Origin: Inconstantimicrobium porci
Lineage (GTDB): Bacteria; Bacillota; Clostridia; Clostridiales; Clostridiaceae
Assembly (NCBI RefSeq): GCF_009696465.1
Contig: NZ_VULX01000009.1
Span: forward strand, 37,537-101,536
Direction: 5' to 3'
Length of the DNA: 64,000 nucleotides
Shown here: one piece after another, positions 19,594-30,590 of the stretch
Layout of the letters: every line of letters starts with the position of its first letter
How positions within the stretch are numbered: position 1 is the stretch's first letter
Position numbers and translations under genes: made by a program
Notes under the pieces: generated by a model
The model's database searches: none
Told to the model about the DNA's origin: nothing
Seen by the model: the letters and a program-made list of their open reading frames with translations, nothing else

Positions 19594-20895
19594 CTATTTG
19601 AACAATAGAGAATGATCATTGGTTTTTGTTAGCTTTAACTCCTCTTTGCTTATTTCTTCATTTGAATATCTAGCTTTTTCATATATATTACTTATATAAT
19701 CAATATTATTGCTAGTTTTGTCAAGTATTTCTCTTTTAATATCGTTTACTGTGAAATTCTGCTTTATTATTGTTCCTCTCTTTTTATAAGACTTAACTTT
19801 CTTTTTGTAAATCTTTCTTATCTTATCTCTTGGAGAAAGAAATATGCGTCTTGATATTACATTTTTACGCTTTTCGTTTTCCTTTTTTTCGTTTTCTCCT
19901 ATTTCATTAAATACAAAAGTAACCTTATCACTATTTTTTAATTTCTTTATATTAATCATTAACCTATTAAGAAGCATATAAACAATAGCTATTCCTATAG
20001 CTGCAACTACTATAGTAACAACTGCTGATATAACATACCCAAGTACTATAACAATCTTGCTAGGCTTGCCCTTTTTAGGATTAATAAGCTTACTAAAATC
20101 AATCCCTTCTATCTTTTTTGGGTTATTATTAGCCTCTTTAGGAGGTATGTTTCTATAATCCACTGTTGATGACTGCCGAATATTATTGACTATTTGATTT
20201 GACATACGATTTGCAGCTGCAAACACGCCTGTAACTTGTAAAATAATCAGTATTACTGATATAAGTACTGCTATCTCTACTGCAAACATTGAACTATCTC
20301 TATTTCTAAATGTTTCATTTTTAGGATCATCCATAATAAGTCTCACATTTCTTGCTTTACATAAATATGCACATGAAATAACTATAATAATTAATCCGCA
20401 CACAAGTATTGTTCCTTGTATAAACCTGTTTTTCATAATTATCGCTACTATAAGAAAAATAATCAGCAATATCTCATGTTCTACCAATGCGCTCAAGTTA
20501 TATTTAACATTCTGCTTTTTTTTGCTTCTTCTTATACTAACTACAACGCAAATAACACCTACCTCCCCAAGCAAATTTTTATATGGAAGCATCATACTAA
20601 AAATATAATATATCATTCCTAGCACTAACACACCTGCGTCATATAAATATCGCTTATTAATCCTTATCCTCATATAAGACATCATCAACATTACAGGAAA
20701 AAGAGTTAATGATATATATTCTAAATTTGTAGATGTAGATACAGCACAATTTAATATAATTATCAATGGATAAATAGTACAAAACATTATAATATCTTCT
20801 ATAAGCTCATATTTATAAGTCTTTACATAATTATGCTGCATATATTCTTCTGTAACTGGAAGTATATCCATCTCTAAGTACTTATGTTCATCCAT
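19594..20895 (-). CDS. Multi-TM membrane protein with a Lys-rich cytoplasmic tail. It is the third gene of the MoxR-DUF58 triad (DUF4129 / transglutaminase-like position)
   Basis: 433 aa. The N-terminal half is hydrophobic helices and the C-terminal 120 aa are highly basic. Assignment is by position in the conserved MoxR-DUF58 operon only. Confidence 0.4.
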   Translation of the reverse strand: MDEHKYLEMDILPVTEEYMQHNYVKTYKYELIEDIIMFCTIYPLIIILNCAVSTSTNLEYISLTLFPVMLMMSYMRIRINKRYLYDAGVLVLGMIYYIFSMMLPYKNLLGEVGVICVVVSIRRSKKKQNVKYNLSALVEHEILLIIFLIVAIIMKNRFIQGTILVCGLIIIVISCAYLCKARNVRLIMDDPKNETFRNRDSSMFAVEIAVLISVILIILQVTGVFAAANRMSNQIVNNIRQSSTVDYRNIPPKEANNNPKKIEGIDFSKLINPKKGKPSKIVIVLGYVISAVVTIVVAAIGIAIVYMLLNRLMINIKKLKNSDKVTFVFNEIGENEKKENEKRKNVISRRIFLSPRDKIRKIYKKKVKSYKKRGTIIKQNFTVNDIKREILDKTSNNIDYISNIYEKARYSNEEISKEELKLTKTNDHSLLFK

Positions 20896-22020
20896 TTAAT
20901 ATCTCACATCCCATACATCAGTATTCTTAACGCCACTAACATCGACATCCATATCCTCTCTCTTTACAACAATCCATCTTAAATCAAAACGACTATTTTG
21001 AGCCTCTATTAATACTTCTTTAACTGACTGTCTTGTACTATTTGTTATTACTAGCCATAATGGATTTCTATTTTCATTACACATTTCGCTCTTTACATAT
21101 TTTGAAATATTATTATCATTAAATTCTCCTATTTTCATTTTTGCTAAAAGCTTATTAAATGCAATAAAGCTATCACCAGTAGAATATGAAAAGCACATAT
21201 TGTTTCCATCATCATCTACTGCATCAGAAACAAGCGAAACCTTTATCCCCATCTCATAGAAGTATCTATAAAGAGTATTTGCAATTCTGATGCTTTCTTC
21301 TATAACATCGTCTGGCACCCATGAATTTTCTTTCTGTACACTTAAGAATATGATAACCTCCTGGCTTGAAGTATAATCATATACGTTAACTTTAAGATCA
21401 CCTGTCCTTGCTGTTGCTCCCCAGTTAATATCCTTCATGCTGTCATAAGTATTGTAGTCCCTTATGCCTTTTCTCTCATAAGGATCACTAACAATCTGTC
21501 TTCTGGTTACAACTTCCCCAAGCAGCTTTCTAAACTGCACGTTAAATCTTTCTTCATCAACCATTATAGGAAACACATAAAGATGCTGAGTATTCTCACT
21601 CTTTAAAAGAAATTTATCTGTAACAAACACATCTGAAGAAAGTATTTCCATATTGTTTATATGATAATAACCTCTTCTCCTACCAACTATGTCTTTTTCC
21701 CTTTCAAGTTTCTCATATCCTAAAAGACTTAGTTCTTCTGATTTAAAGTTAGTCTTTTCATTAGACGACTTATTTACTTCATCTTCAAATTCAATATATG
21801 ACGAAACTGCATACTGCACTCTCATCCACCACAAAGGCAGAAATTTTCTATTAATAAATGTTTCTTTTATCTTTGTCTTCTCACCTTCAAAAATATATTC
21901 ATCCTTAAATTTAAAGTCAACACTAAGATTTCTATGCCAGTTATATAGATAAATATAATACTGTATCTTATGAATAATTATCGCAATCAATACGATTATC
22001 AATATCTCCATGAATGTCAC
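20896..22020 (-). CDS. DUF58 domain protein (MoxR partner, vWA-like)
   Basis: 374 aa with one N-terminal TM segment. It is contiguous (0-nt gap) with the MoxR ATPase gene, the canonical MoxR-DUF58 arrangement. Confidence 0.6.
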   Translation of the reverse strand: MTFMEILIIVLIAIIIHKIQYYIYLYNWHRNLSVDFKFKDEYIFEGEKTKIKETFINRKFLPLWWMRVQYAVSSYIEFEDEVNKSSNEKTNFKSEELSLLGYEKLEREKDIVGRRRGYYHINNMEILSSDVFVTDKFLLKSENTQHLYVFPIMVDEERFNVQFRKLLGEVVTRRQIVSDPYERKGIRDYNTYDSMKDINWGATARTGDLKVNVYDYTSSQEVIIFLSVQKENSWVPDDVIEESIRIANTLYRYFYEMGIKVSLVSDAVDDDGNNMCFSYSTGDSFIAFNKLLAKMKIGEFNDNNISKYVKSEMCNENRNPLWLVITNSTRQSVKEVLIEAQNSRFDLRWIVVKREDMDVDVSGVKNTDVWDVRY

Positions 22021-22980
22021 CTAGTCTCTTTTGTTATTCCAGTTTTCAGTTGGTACATCTGTATCTTCAACACATTCTTCAATTATTGACTGGCTGTTTT
22101 CCATGCCCTTCATTCTTAAGTTGTTTTTGATAATAATTCTATGTGCAAATACATATGGTGCAAGTGTCTTTACATCATCAGGTGTAACAAAACTTCTGCC
22201 ACTTATTGCTGCGTATACCTGGCTCATTCTCAGCATAGCAAGCGCACCTCTTGGGCTTACCCCTAAAGCTATCTTGTCATTATCAAGAGTCTTCTGTACT
22301 ATCTTTAAGATGTATTCCTGTACCTCATCACTTATGAAAATCTTTTTACATGTTTTTCTACATTCAATAATGTCATTTTTACTACAAACACTTTTAAGCG
22401 CTACCAAAGGATTATCATCTATAAAACGTTTAAATATCTGCTTGCCTTCATCTAAAGTTGGATGACCCATACTTATCTTGATGATAAATCTATCAAGCTG
22501 TGCTTCAGGAAGTGGAAAAGTTCCCTGTGACTCAACTGGGTTTTCAGATGCAATTACAAAGAAAGGTTTGTCCAATATATAAGTTGTCCCATCAATAGAT
22601 ACCTGCTTTTCTTCCATACACTCTAGAAGACTTGACTGAGTTCTTGGTGTTGCTCTATTAATTTCATCTGCTAAAAGTATATTAGTAAACACAGGTCCTT
22701 TTCTTAAAACAAACTCACCTTCTTTAGCATTGTAATAATTTATTCCTGTTATATCTGATGGCATTAAATCTGGAGTAAACTGAACTCTTTTGAAATCACA
22801 ATCTATTGACTTTGCAAGGCTTCTTGCGAGTACTGTCTTACCTGTACCTGGAACATCTTCAAGAAGTACATGTCCATCTGCAATAAGTGCAGTAAGTATT
22901 ATCTTTATTACATCATCCTTTCCAATAATAACTTTTTGAATATTATCTTTAATTTTATCAGCTAAAATTTTTGGTTCCAT
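22021..22980 (-). CDS. MoxR-family AAA+ ATPase
   Basis: VLLEDVPGTGKT (Walker A), ILLADEINRA (Walker B), FFVIASENP. The start was set at MEPKIL, preceded by AAAGGGG; the ORF track extends 48 nt further upstream. Confidence 0.85.
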   Translation of the reverse strand: MEPKILADKIKDNIQKVIIGKDDVIKIILTALIADGHVLLEDVPGTGKTVLARSLAKSIDCDFKRVQFTPDLMPSDITGINYYNAKEGEFVLRKGPVFTNILLADEINRATPRTQSSLLECMEEKQVSIDGTTYILDKPFFVIASENPVESQGTFPLPEAQLDRFIIKISMGHPTLDEGKQIFKRFIDDNPLVALKSVCSKNDIIECRKTCKKIFISDEVQEYILKIVQKTLDNDKIALGVSPRGALAMLRMSQVYAAISGRSFVTPDDVKTLAPYVFAHRIIIKNNLRMKGMENSQSIIEECVEDTDVPTENWNNKRD

Positions 22981-23400
22981 GACTATTACCCCTTTTATAT
23001 TTATTTTCCACATTTTTAATTTTATCACAACAAAAATAAAAGGTTAAACATTTACATTGTCTTGTTTTAATATATTTTATCTGAAACTAATCTTAATATT
23101 AAATTAATTATATATAATATATATTCCTAACTTCCTCAGCAAACTGTAAGTTGAAACAGCTCATAATGCATAGAGCATAACGCATAGTTGAGGATGAAAT
23201 TAGCTACGCTAATTTTGTAAACATAATGAAGACAAATCCTCCAAGCCTCCTAATGTTATAACTTAAAGTGTTTTAAAGTCTAATTGTAGTTTCTTGTCGA
23301 ACGAATTGCATTGACTATAATTTGGTAATAAAGTATATTGATAGTGTACTACTTGTAGTAATACACTTAATACGTGTGATACTAAACGGAATCTCAGGAG

Positions 23401-23814
23401 GTGTTCGTCATTATTAACATAGATGCAAGAAGCAGTACTCCTATTTACGAACAGATAGTTATAGGTATCAAAGAACTTATACTAAAAAACATTTTAAGTC
23501 CTGGAGATAAATTACCATCTGTAAGAGAAATGGCCAGTACACTTACAACGAATCCAAACACAGTCAGCAAAGCCTATGCAGAACTTGAACGAATGAGGAT
23601 AATCGAAACTTTAAGGGGAAAGGGAACCTTCGTTTCAGCTGCATTCACACCAAAAATCGAAGATGAAAAAATACAGAGTCTTCAAGATGATTTGAAAAAA
23701 ATAATACTTGATGCACATTATATGGGCATAGATTATGATAAACTTGCTGATCTTCTTAAACAAAGCTACATTGAATTATCAGGGAAAAAATTTCTTAGGG
23801 GTGAACAAAATTAA
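23401..23814 (+). CDS. GntR-family transcriptional regulator, YtrA subfamily (short C-terminus)
   Basis: HTH LPSVREMASTLTTNPNTVSKAYAELE; 137 aa. The start codon is uncertain: GTG at 23401 directly abuts GGAGG, so an ATT a few codons in is possible. Confidence 0.7.
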   Translation: MFVIINIDARSSTPIYEQIVIGIKELILKNILSPGDKLPSVREMASTLTTNPNTVSKAYAELERMRIIETLRGKGTFVSAAFTPKIEDEKIQSLQDDLKKIILDAHYMGIDYDKLADLLKQSYIELSGKKFLRGEQN

Positions 23815-24383
23815 TGAACAAAAAATATTTTTCAAAAGCTCTCTGCTATGCAGACAGAGCACAATATTTTTCAATATTAATAATTACAAGTCTTTTTCTA
23901 GTGTTTAGTAGTCTTGTATGTATGATGGATGGACCAAAATCAATGTATCATTTATTAGATATTTCTTTAATATCTATACCAATAATACTTATTAACTCAC
24001 TAATTATTTTCTTTAGCTACACTAGTAAAAAGTCAAAACAGTTCTATATGACAACACAGCCATACAGCAGAGATGCAATGATAATAACAAAGTTTATAAG
24101 TTTTTCATTATCATTCATCATTCCAGTTGTAATATACGGAGTTATAGTTTCACTGCTATACTTGACAGGAACTGCAGGAATTACAGATATAATCGATTCA
24201 GCAGTTAATTCACCAATGTTATTTTTGTGGAAAAACATTTTTATTATATCAATAGGCTTTACAAGCATGGTATCAGGAATACAGTTTTTACAAGTGCTTT
24301 TTGGAAAATGTAGATACTATTACAAGAATAATATGCATACTTATACTGATTGCAGGTTCTGGATTATCCGTTCTATCTTATAA
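23814..24383 (+). CDS. Small polytopic membrane protein (YtrA-operon partner, ABC permease-like)
   Basis: 189 aa with 5-6 TM helices. The start codon overlaps the GntR stop. Confidence 0.45.
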   Translation: MNKKYFSKALCYADRAQYFSILIITSLFLVFSSLVCMMDGPKSMYHLLDISLISIPIILINSLIIFFSYTSKKSKQFYMTTQPYSRDAMIITKFISFSLSFIIPVVIYGVIVSLLYLTGTAGITDIIDSAVNSPMLFLWKNIFIISIGFTSMVSGIQFLQVLFGKCRYYYKNNMHTYTDCRFWIIRSIL

Positions 24384-24419
24384 AATAATAAATAAAATTC
24401 AGGCAAGGAGGGCTTAACA

Positions 24420-25298
24420 ATGATTGAAGTAATGAAATTAAATAAATCTTTAGATGGTAAGCCTATAATAAAAGATATTAATTTTAAAATCAGTACAGGA
24501 AATATAGTTGGTCTTGTTGGCCCTAATGGCGCTGGAAAATCAACACTGCTTAGAAATATGGTTGATATATATACTCCTGATTCAGGCAAAGTCATAATTG
24601 ATGGACAGGACATAAGAGATAATATTTCTCTCAAATCAACTATTGGCTATGTTCCTGACAAGAACGAATATTTTAATAAAGAAAAAGTAAGAAATGTAAT
24701 CAAATATTATAAGCTTGCTTACGATACCTTTGATGAAAATAGATTTGCTGAACTTAATGGCTCTTTCAATATTCCACTTAACCAAAAGGTTGAAAAACTT
24801 TCAAAAGGAAATATTTCAAGACTTATGTTCATGCTTGCTTTAAGCTTCAGACCAAAAGTCTTAATTCTTGATGAACCAACTTCAGGACTTGATCCTATTG
24901 CTAAGAGAAAGTTCCTTAAAATACTTGTCTCAGATGTATCTGAAAGAGAAACTACAGTTTTAATATCATCACATAACTTGGCAGACCTTGAGTCTATATG
25001 TGATCACATACTATTTATAGATAATGGAGAAATAGTTAAGGATAATTCTCTTGATACGTTAAAAACTACAATGAAAAAAATACAAGTGATCTTTAAAGAT
25101 AATGCTCCTGCAAACTTTGAAAAATGGCCTTGCTTCTTAAACGTAAGCCATGTTGGAAAAAGCTACTCAATTGTAACTAATAATTTCAATGAAGATTTGG
25201 TTGACAAATTAAGGGAAAATGGTGCATTATTTATAGAAGAACTAGATTTAAGTCTTGAAGATATGCTTGTATATACTGTTGATAAAAATCTAATTTAA
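24420..25298 (+). CDS. ABC transporter ATP-binding protein
   Basis: GPNGAGKST, LSKGNISR (degenerate signature), LILDEPTSGLD. 292 aa with a C-terminal extension. Confidence 0.8.
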   Translation: MIEVMKLNKSLDGKPIIKDINFKISTGNIVGLVGPNGAGKSTLLRNMVDIYTPDSGKVIIDGQDIRDNISLKSTIGYVPDKNEYFNKEKVRNVIKYYKLAYDTFDENRFAELNGSFNIPLNQKVEKLSKGNISRLMFMLALSFRPKVLILDEPTSGLDPIAKRKFLKILVSDVSERETTVLISSHNLADLESICDHILFIDNGEIVKDNSLDTLKTTMKKIQVIFKDNAPANFEKWPCFLNVSHVGKSYSIVTNNFNEDLVDKLRENGALFIEELDLSLEDMLVYTVDKNLI

Positions 25299-25316
25299 TT
25301 TTACGAGGAGGAAAAT

Positions 25317-25862
25317 ATGGATTATTTTCAAAAGATATTTTTGTATTTTATAATATATTCTTTTTTTGGATGGATGTTTGAAGTAGCATATGCTTACACT
25401 CACCAGGGAAAATTCGTTAACAGAGGTTTTCTTAATGGTCCATTCTGTCCACTATATGGATCTTCAAGCGTAATTATAATTACACTTCTTAATCCCTTTA
25501 AGAATAATTTTATTTTATTGTTTATAATGTCAACAATATTGACTTCTGCAATTGAATATGTCACAGGATTTCTTTTAGAAAAAGTCTTTAATCAGAAATG
25601 GTGGGACTACACAGAAGATCCATTTAACCTTCACGGAAGAATATGTCTTCTCTTCTCATTAATGTGGGGAGCAGCCTGTGTTTTAATCATAAAGATTGTT
25701 CAGCCAATATTCGCTGCACTGCTGTCATTCATATCATACAAGATGATGATTTACGTGTGCATAGGATTCGCTGTATACTTCGCAGTTGATGGCGCAGCAA
25801 CTCTGTTAAAACTTGCAAACATTGATATATCATCAAAATTTAATTTAAATAAATTTGCCTAA
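25317..25862 (+). CDS. Putative ABC-transporter type IV family membrane protein (DUF1113-like)
   Basis: The SFFGW...E..Y......G.FVNRGFLNGP.CP.YG pattern near the N-terminus is characteristic of this family. 181 aa. Confidence 0.5.
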   Translation: MDYFQKIFLYFIIYSFFGWMFEVAYAYTHQGKFVNRGFLNGPFCPLYGSSSVIIITLLNPFKNNFILLFIMSTILTSAIEYVTGFLLEKVFNQKWWDYTEDPFNLHGRICLLFSLMWGAACVLIIKIVQPIFAALLSFISYKMMIYVCIGFAVYFAVDGAATLLKLANIDISSKFNLNKFA

Positions 25863-25867
25863 ACTTT

Positions 25868-25924
25868 CAAGACCTACTTCGAATCCTCCGTCGGCACGCT
25901 CCAAGTCGGCTCTGCATAGGTCTT
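25868..25924. repeat. Family-2 stem/core repeat, copy C (caagacctac / taggtctt stem), followed by the CTAAAGGATAAAAGTGCATT module and + strand terminator hairpins at 25950-25969 and 25986-26015
   Basis: Core TTCGAATCCTCCGTCGGCACGCTCCAAGTCGGCTCTGCA. Confidence 0.7.
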
Positions 25925-26115
25925 AAAAGTTTTAATGCTAAAGGATAAAAGTGCATTAGCAAATGCACTTTTTAAAAATAGAAAGAGCTGATATAGATTT
26001 TTCACTATATCAGCTTTTTTCTTTTACAATTAATATTAATAAATTATGAAAGCAGAATGAAGATTGATGAATTCAGGAAACAATCAGTACGCGTTGCTTA
26101 CTGATTCTAATTTCT

Positions 26116-26216
26116 AATGGAGGTTTCACCTCCAAACCTCTGATATCTTAAATTTTAAAGAATTATAAGAGGAACTTGTCCTCTTATTCTGAAACTCCCC
26201 CAAAGGAGTTTCATCC
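26116..26216. repeat. Family-1 composite hairpin repeat, full copy
   Basis: Modules AATGGAGGtttcaCCTCCAAACC, AAGAGGaacttgtCCTCTT and GAAACTCCcccaaaGGAGTTTCATCC. Confidence 0.7.
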
Positions 26217-26272
26217 ATCATTCTTCATTCTGCACTCTTCATCCTTAACCACTATATAAACATTAATTTTAA

Positions 26273-26872
26273 CTACTTGTTTCCAACTGGGTATAGTAGT
26301 CCTGCTTTTATAAGTGCTGGAGCTAATGTATTATATATTAATGTTACTAATAATACAGATACTACTGCATTTATAAATGTTGTTACACCATTAAATTTAG
26401 CAAGAATTGCTGCTGCAGTTGTTGGCTGTCCAAGAACATATATCTTATAAAAATATCCTACTACTGGATCTGCAACAACATTAAATGTAAGTGCAGCTAT
26501 TGATGCAATTATACTCCATTTTAATACATACTTCTTATCCTTACTATAACTTATCTTGGCTATTCTATGTGCAACAAGACCTGCAATTAAGCCAATACAT
26601 AGCTTAAGAATAAAAGTCTTTGGTGCACTTACAATATATTGTGGTTCAAGAACATCTGCTATAGTCATACCTATTGCACCTGCAAATCCGCCATACCATC
26701 CTCCAAGAAGAAGTGCTGCTAAAACACAGAAAGCATTTCCTATATGAAGCGCTGTTGCACCACCACCTGGTACTGGTATTGGAATTTTTAAAAACTTAAA
26801 TGATACAAAGCATAATGCTGCTAAAAGTGCAGTCTGCGCAAGCTTTTGTAACATATGATTTTTATTACTCAT
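26273..26872 (-). CDS. ECF-transporter substrate-specific (S) component; substrate unknown
   Basis: 199 aa with 5-6 TM segments and Gly/Ala-rich helices typical of ECF S proteins. Short 5' UTR. No riboswitch recognised. Confidence 0.5.
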   Translation of the reverse strand: MSNKNHMLQKLAQTALLAALCFVSFKFLKIPIPVPGGGATALHIGNAFCVLAALLLGGWYGGFAGAIGMTIADVLEPQYIVSAPKTFILKLCIGLIAGLVAHRIAKISYSKDKKYVLKWSIIASIAALTFNVVADPVVGYFYKIYVLGQPTTAAAILAKFNGVTTFINAVVSVLLVTLIYNTLAPALIKAGLLYPVGNK

Positions 26873-26976
26873 AAATGAATTTCCCCCTCTTTGTTAAGTT
26901 TAGGGATATTATATCACTGAATATTTATCGCAAGCAATTGTACCGGTGCAATATAGAAACAAACTTGAACTATATG

Positions 26977-28251
26977 TTAGTTTTGTTTCCAAAATTCTTC
27001 TATAGCGGCCAGGAGTTCTTCTCTTGTTATCTCATTATTTAAATATCTCCTTAGTGCGCCCCCTATTACTTTTGAATTATCACTCGGAAGATAACCGTTC
27101 ATAAGTTCCATAGTCTTAGTATTATTTCTATATGATATAAGTTCCTTTGACAAAGGATCGTTAGGAACTGTCTTTATATTTTTAAATGCAGGTATTATTC
27201 CTGAATCCTTTACTAAAAAATCATTTCCTTTACTATCATATACAATGTAATTCAAGAATTTTTTTGCTGCTTCCTGCTGTTCTTTTGAACTGTTTTTACC
27301 ATCAATAACAATATATTTTGTAACACCTAACGCTAATTCATTATTTCCATAATCTGAACTGTTATTGCTTATTGGTACTGGAATAAATCCAAAGTCATTG
27401 TTATCTGAACTTGCTGACAATATTTTTTCTGAAGCCCAATTTCCCATATACCAGAAACCAACTTCTCCTTTGGCAATAAGCTCTGCACACTTATCATATG
27501 ATGGATCAAGTGGTTTTTCTGAATACATATTATATTTTTTCATAAGATCAAATGTATCTATTATTCCATTTATTGAATCATTATTTTTTAAATCGCCGCT
27601 CCTTAGTTTGTCAAAATAACCTTTGCTATCATTAGATTTACTTTTATCTACTGAATAAGCTGTTGCTAAAAAGTGATCTCCAAGCGACCATTCTTCGTTT
27701 GTTATAACAAGGGCTTTCTTACCTTTCTCTTCAATTTTTTTAAATGCTTCTTCTAAAGCACTTCTAGTATTTATCTTACTTACATCTATCGAACAAGACT
27801 CCATTACTTTTTTGTTGTATATTAATCCAACACCTTCTGTTGAAAATGGAAATGCTATTAATTTTCCTTTATCATTTTTTGCAATATCTGATATATCACC
27901 TACAATATCATTTACCCACTTTTCAGAAGATAAGTCTATACTTTTGTCTTTATAATTATCCATAAATTGCGGATCAATTATTGTCATAGTTGGAGCATTA
28001 TCTAATTCATACATAGACTTTAACTTATCATCATAATAACCATTATTAATATACTTTACTACTTTTATATTTATATTTTTATTTTCTTTGTTAAAGTTTT
28101 CTATTGCTTTTTTTAATGATGCATCAATTTCAAACTTTGAATTTAAAATTGATATATTAACGATATTCTCATTATCTTTGTTTTTTCCACATCCCAAAAA
28201 TAGCGTCATACTAAGAATACTAGTAATGATAAGACATAATAATCTTTTCAT
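26977..28251 (-). CDS. Extracellular solute-binding lipoprotein (SBP family 1, sugar-type), an orphan with no adjacent permease
   Basis: Lipobox LFLGCGKN; 424 aa. It lies 15 nt downstream of the MCP gene and has the same orientation. Confidence 0.65.
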   Translation of the reverse strand: MKRLLCLIITSILSMTLFLGCGKNKDNENIVNISILNSKFEIDASLKKAIENFNKENKNINIKVVKYINNGYYDDKLKSMYELDNAPTMTIIDPQFMDNYKDKSIDLSSEKWVNDIVGDISDIAKNDKGKLIAFPFSTEGVGLIYNKKVMESCSIDVSKINTRSALEEAFKKIEEKGKKALVITNEEWSLGDHFLATAYSVDKSKSNDSKGYFDKLRSGDLKNNDSINGIIDTFDLMKKYNMYSEKPLDPSYDKCAELIAKGEVGFWYMGNWASEKILSASSDNNDFGFIPVPISNNSSDYGNNELALGVTKYIVIDGKNSSKEQQEAAKKFLNYIVYDSKGNDFLVKDSGIIPAFKNIKTVPNDPLSKELISYRNNTKTMELMNGYLPSDNSKVIGGALRRYLNNEITREELLAAIEEFWKQN

Positions 28252-28266
28252 AAAATTTTCTCCTTC

Positions 28267-30258
28267 TTACTCAGTTTTAAATTTTTCTATATTTACTTTT
28301 AATTCATCTACTATACGTGAAATATTATCAGCAGATTCACTAACATTCTGCACTACAATTATCTGATTTTCAGATGATGCAGTAACTTCTTCAGCCACAG
28401 CTGCATTTTCTTCTGAACTGCTTGCTAAAGTTTCTATGAGTTTTAGTAGTTCTTCGCTGAAATTCTTAATAAAATCAATAAGTTTATTAAATGATTTAAT
28501 GTTATCTGCAATCTTATTATCTACATTAGCAATTGAATTAAATATTTCTAAAGTATCATTTACTGTAGATGCTTGAAGCTTCATACCATCATTAACAGTA
28601 TTCATTAAATTTGTTGTTTTTTCCGCTTTAACTTTAATATTATTTAGAATCTCTGATATTTGCTTTGTGGCCTCCTGTGACTGATTTGCAAGTTTTCCTA
28701 CTTCTTCTGCAACAACTGCAAATCCCTTTCCACTTTCTCCTGCCCTTGCAGCTTCAATAGCAGCATTTAATGCTAACATACTTGTTTGATCTGCTATATC
28801 ACTTATTGTAGCTGTAATTCTATCTATATTACTTACAGATTCAGATAAATCTTTAACCTCATCTACTGTCTCCTCAACTATTTTATACTGAGCCTCAGTA
28901 TTATTCTTCAATTCTCTTGTTCCATTATTTCCATTAATAAGTGCTTCTTGAGAAATGCTTAAAGCATCGTTAATTTCACTCAATTCATTTGTCAATTCTT
29001 CCATTTTATCATCTAAATTTCTAACACTCTTTAATATATTATCTGATTTATCAGCTTGATGAACAGATCCTTCAGAAATCTCTTCCATAGCTTTTGCAAT
29101 ATCTTTACTAGTTTCTTCCGCTGATGATGATATTTCATTTAAAGCTATTGATGCATTCTTTAAATCATCACTTTTACTCTGTATGCTTAATACAAGATTC
29201 TTCAACGACATTACCATCTCATTAAAATCTTTTCCTATATTCACAATTTCAACGGAGCCTTTAACATTACATTCAGCAAATAAATTCCCTTCTGCAACAT
29301 CTTTACTTAAAGATGCCAAACTAGAAATTGGCTTTACAAAACGTTTTGAAACAAACAACGCAAACCATACTATTGCAACTATCATAATAATAGACAAGAT
29401 CACTGTTATTATAATAATCCCTAAAAACGCATTATAAATTTCTATTTGCGGAATGGTAGTTATGCTTCCCCATTTTAATGATGGTACAAAATTATATACT
29501 GCTACTTGAGCTGTACCATTATATTTAAACCTTACACTATTACAATTTCCCTGTATTGCTTTCTTTGCTGCTTCTGATAATTCGTCAGATCTACTAAAAA
29601 GGTTTTCTTTCATTATCTTACTTGAATCGTCATTATATGTTACATTGCCGTTAGCATCAAAAGTATATATCTTTCCTCTATCTGAATATAATATCTTACC
29701 AATATCCTGTTGTATGCCTTGCACTTTAACTTCATTTACAATATAACCAATAACATTATTATCTTTTTTTACTGGAGATGAAAACACAATTAAAGGAGTA
29801 TTTGTTTCTTTATCTAAAAATACGTTGCTTACATAAGAACAACCTCTTACAACATTATTAAAATAGTTCTTATCTTTAATACTTCCATTAATAGATCCCA
29901 TAGAATCTGTTATTATATTCCCATTTAAGTCTATATACATTATATTTACAATATCTAAGTCTTGAGATTGTCTATTTTTCAATTCAATTTTTATATTATC
30001 TATATCATTACTATGTAATACTCTAGAACTAGCAATGTCTTCAACTAAAAGTACTTGATCATCCCCCCACTTATCAATATTGTTAGTAGCCATACTTGAT
30101 ATCTGCTTAAGCGAACTAATCTGACTATCATACATAGATTTATTGACCACTATTGCTGTACTAACTGTCAAAATTATCAAAGGTATTATACCGATAATTA
30201 AAAAACTTAGTATCATTTGAAATTTTAAGCTTGTTTCTTTTCTTAAGTTACGTTTCAT
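28267..30258 (-). CDS. Methyl-accepting chemotaxis protein with a periplasmic dCache-type sensor
   Basis: TM, about 250-aa extracytoplasmic domain, TM, HAMP, then an MCP signalling domain (EELSASIEE...[18 protein letters not shown]). Confidence 0.85.
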   Translation of the reverse strand: MKRNLRKETSLKFQMILSFLIIGIIPLIILTVSTAIVVNKSMYDSQISSLKQISSMATNNIDKWGDDQVLLVEDIASSRVLHSNDIDNIKIELKNRQSQDLDIVNIMYIDLNGNIITDSMGSINGSIKDKNYFNNVVRGCSYVSNVFLDKETNTPLIVFSSPVKKDNNVIGYIVNEVKVQGIQQDIGKILYSDRGKIYTFDANGNVTYNDDSSKIMKENLFSRSDELSEAAKKAIQGNCNSVRFKYNGTAQVAVYNFVPSLKWGSITTIPQIEIYNAFLGIIIITVILSIIMIVAIVWFALFVSKRFVKPISSLASLSKDVAEGNLFAECNVKGSVEIVNIGKDFNEMVMSLKNLVLSIQSKSDDLKNASIALNEISSSAEETSKDIAKAMEEISEGSVHQADKSDNILKSVRNLDDKMEELTNELSEINDALSISQEALINGNNGTRELKNNTEAQYKIVEETVDEVKDLSESVSNIDRITATISDIADQTSMLALNAAIEAARAGESGKGFAVVAEEVGKLANQSQEATKQISEILNNIKVKAEKTTNLMNTVNDGMKLQASTVNDTLEIFNSIANVDNKIADNIKSFNKLIDFIKNFSEELLKLIETLASSSEENAAVAEEVTASSENQIIVVQNVSESADNISRIVDELKVNIEKFKTE

Positions 30259-30590
30259 AATTATACTCCTTCAACATTATTTTAAAAATTCATACATATA
30301 ATCATAATATCGTAATTTGCAAGCTATATTTAACCATAATTCGACACTTTTTATCATTTTGTTATATATTTTCTCTTTTTGCAAAAATATTTTCATTGCT
30401 TATTTGTACGGTATTTCGCTTGTTGGTAAAAAAACATCTCATTTATTGGCAATTTAGTCTGTTGTACAACCTTCTTTTTTTAATGCTATTTTTATAAAAT
30501 AAAAAATGTGATAGTTATATCTTTCCTATCACATTTTCATTATAAGTTTCTTTATTATAAATACTTATATCATTGTAAGCAACATTTATT

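Noticed and set aside
23401-23814. A GntR gene interrupted or lacking a start
   Set aside because: The frame is intact. Only the initiation codon is ambiguous (GTG adjacent to the RBS, or a rare ATT). The HTH and C-terminus are complete for the short YtrA subfamily.
26873-26976. preQ1, TPP or FMN riboswitch upstream of the ECF S-component gene
   Set aside because: A promoter-like TTGCAC-17-ATAAAT leaves only about 30 nt of 5' UTR. CCCTAAACTTAACAAAGAGGGGG has no preceding hairpin or A-rich tail of the preQ1-I type.
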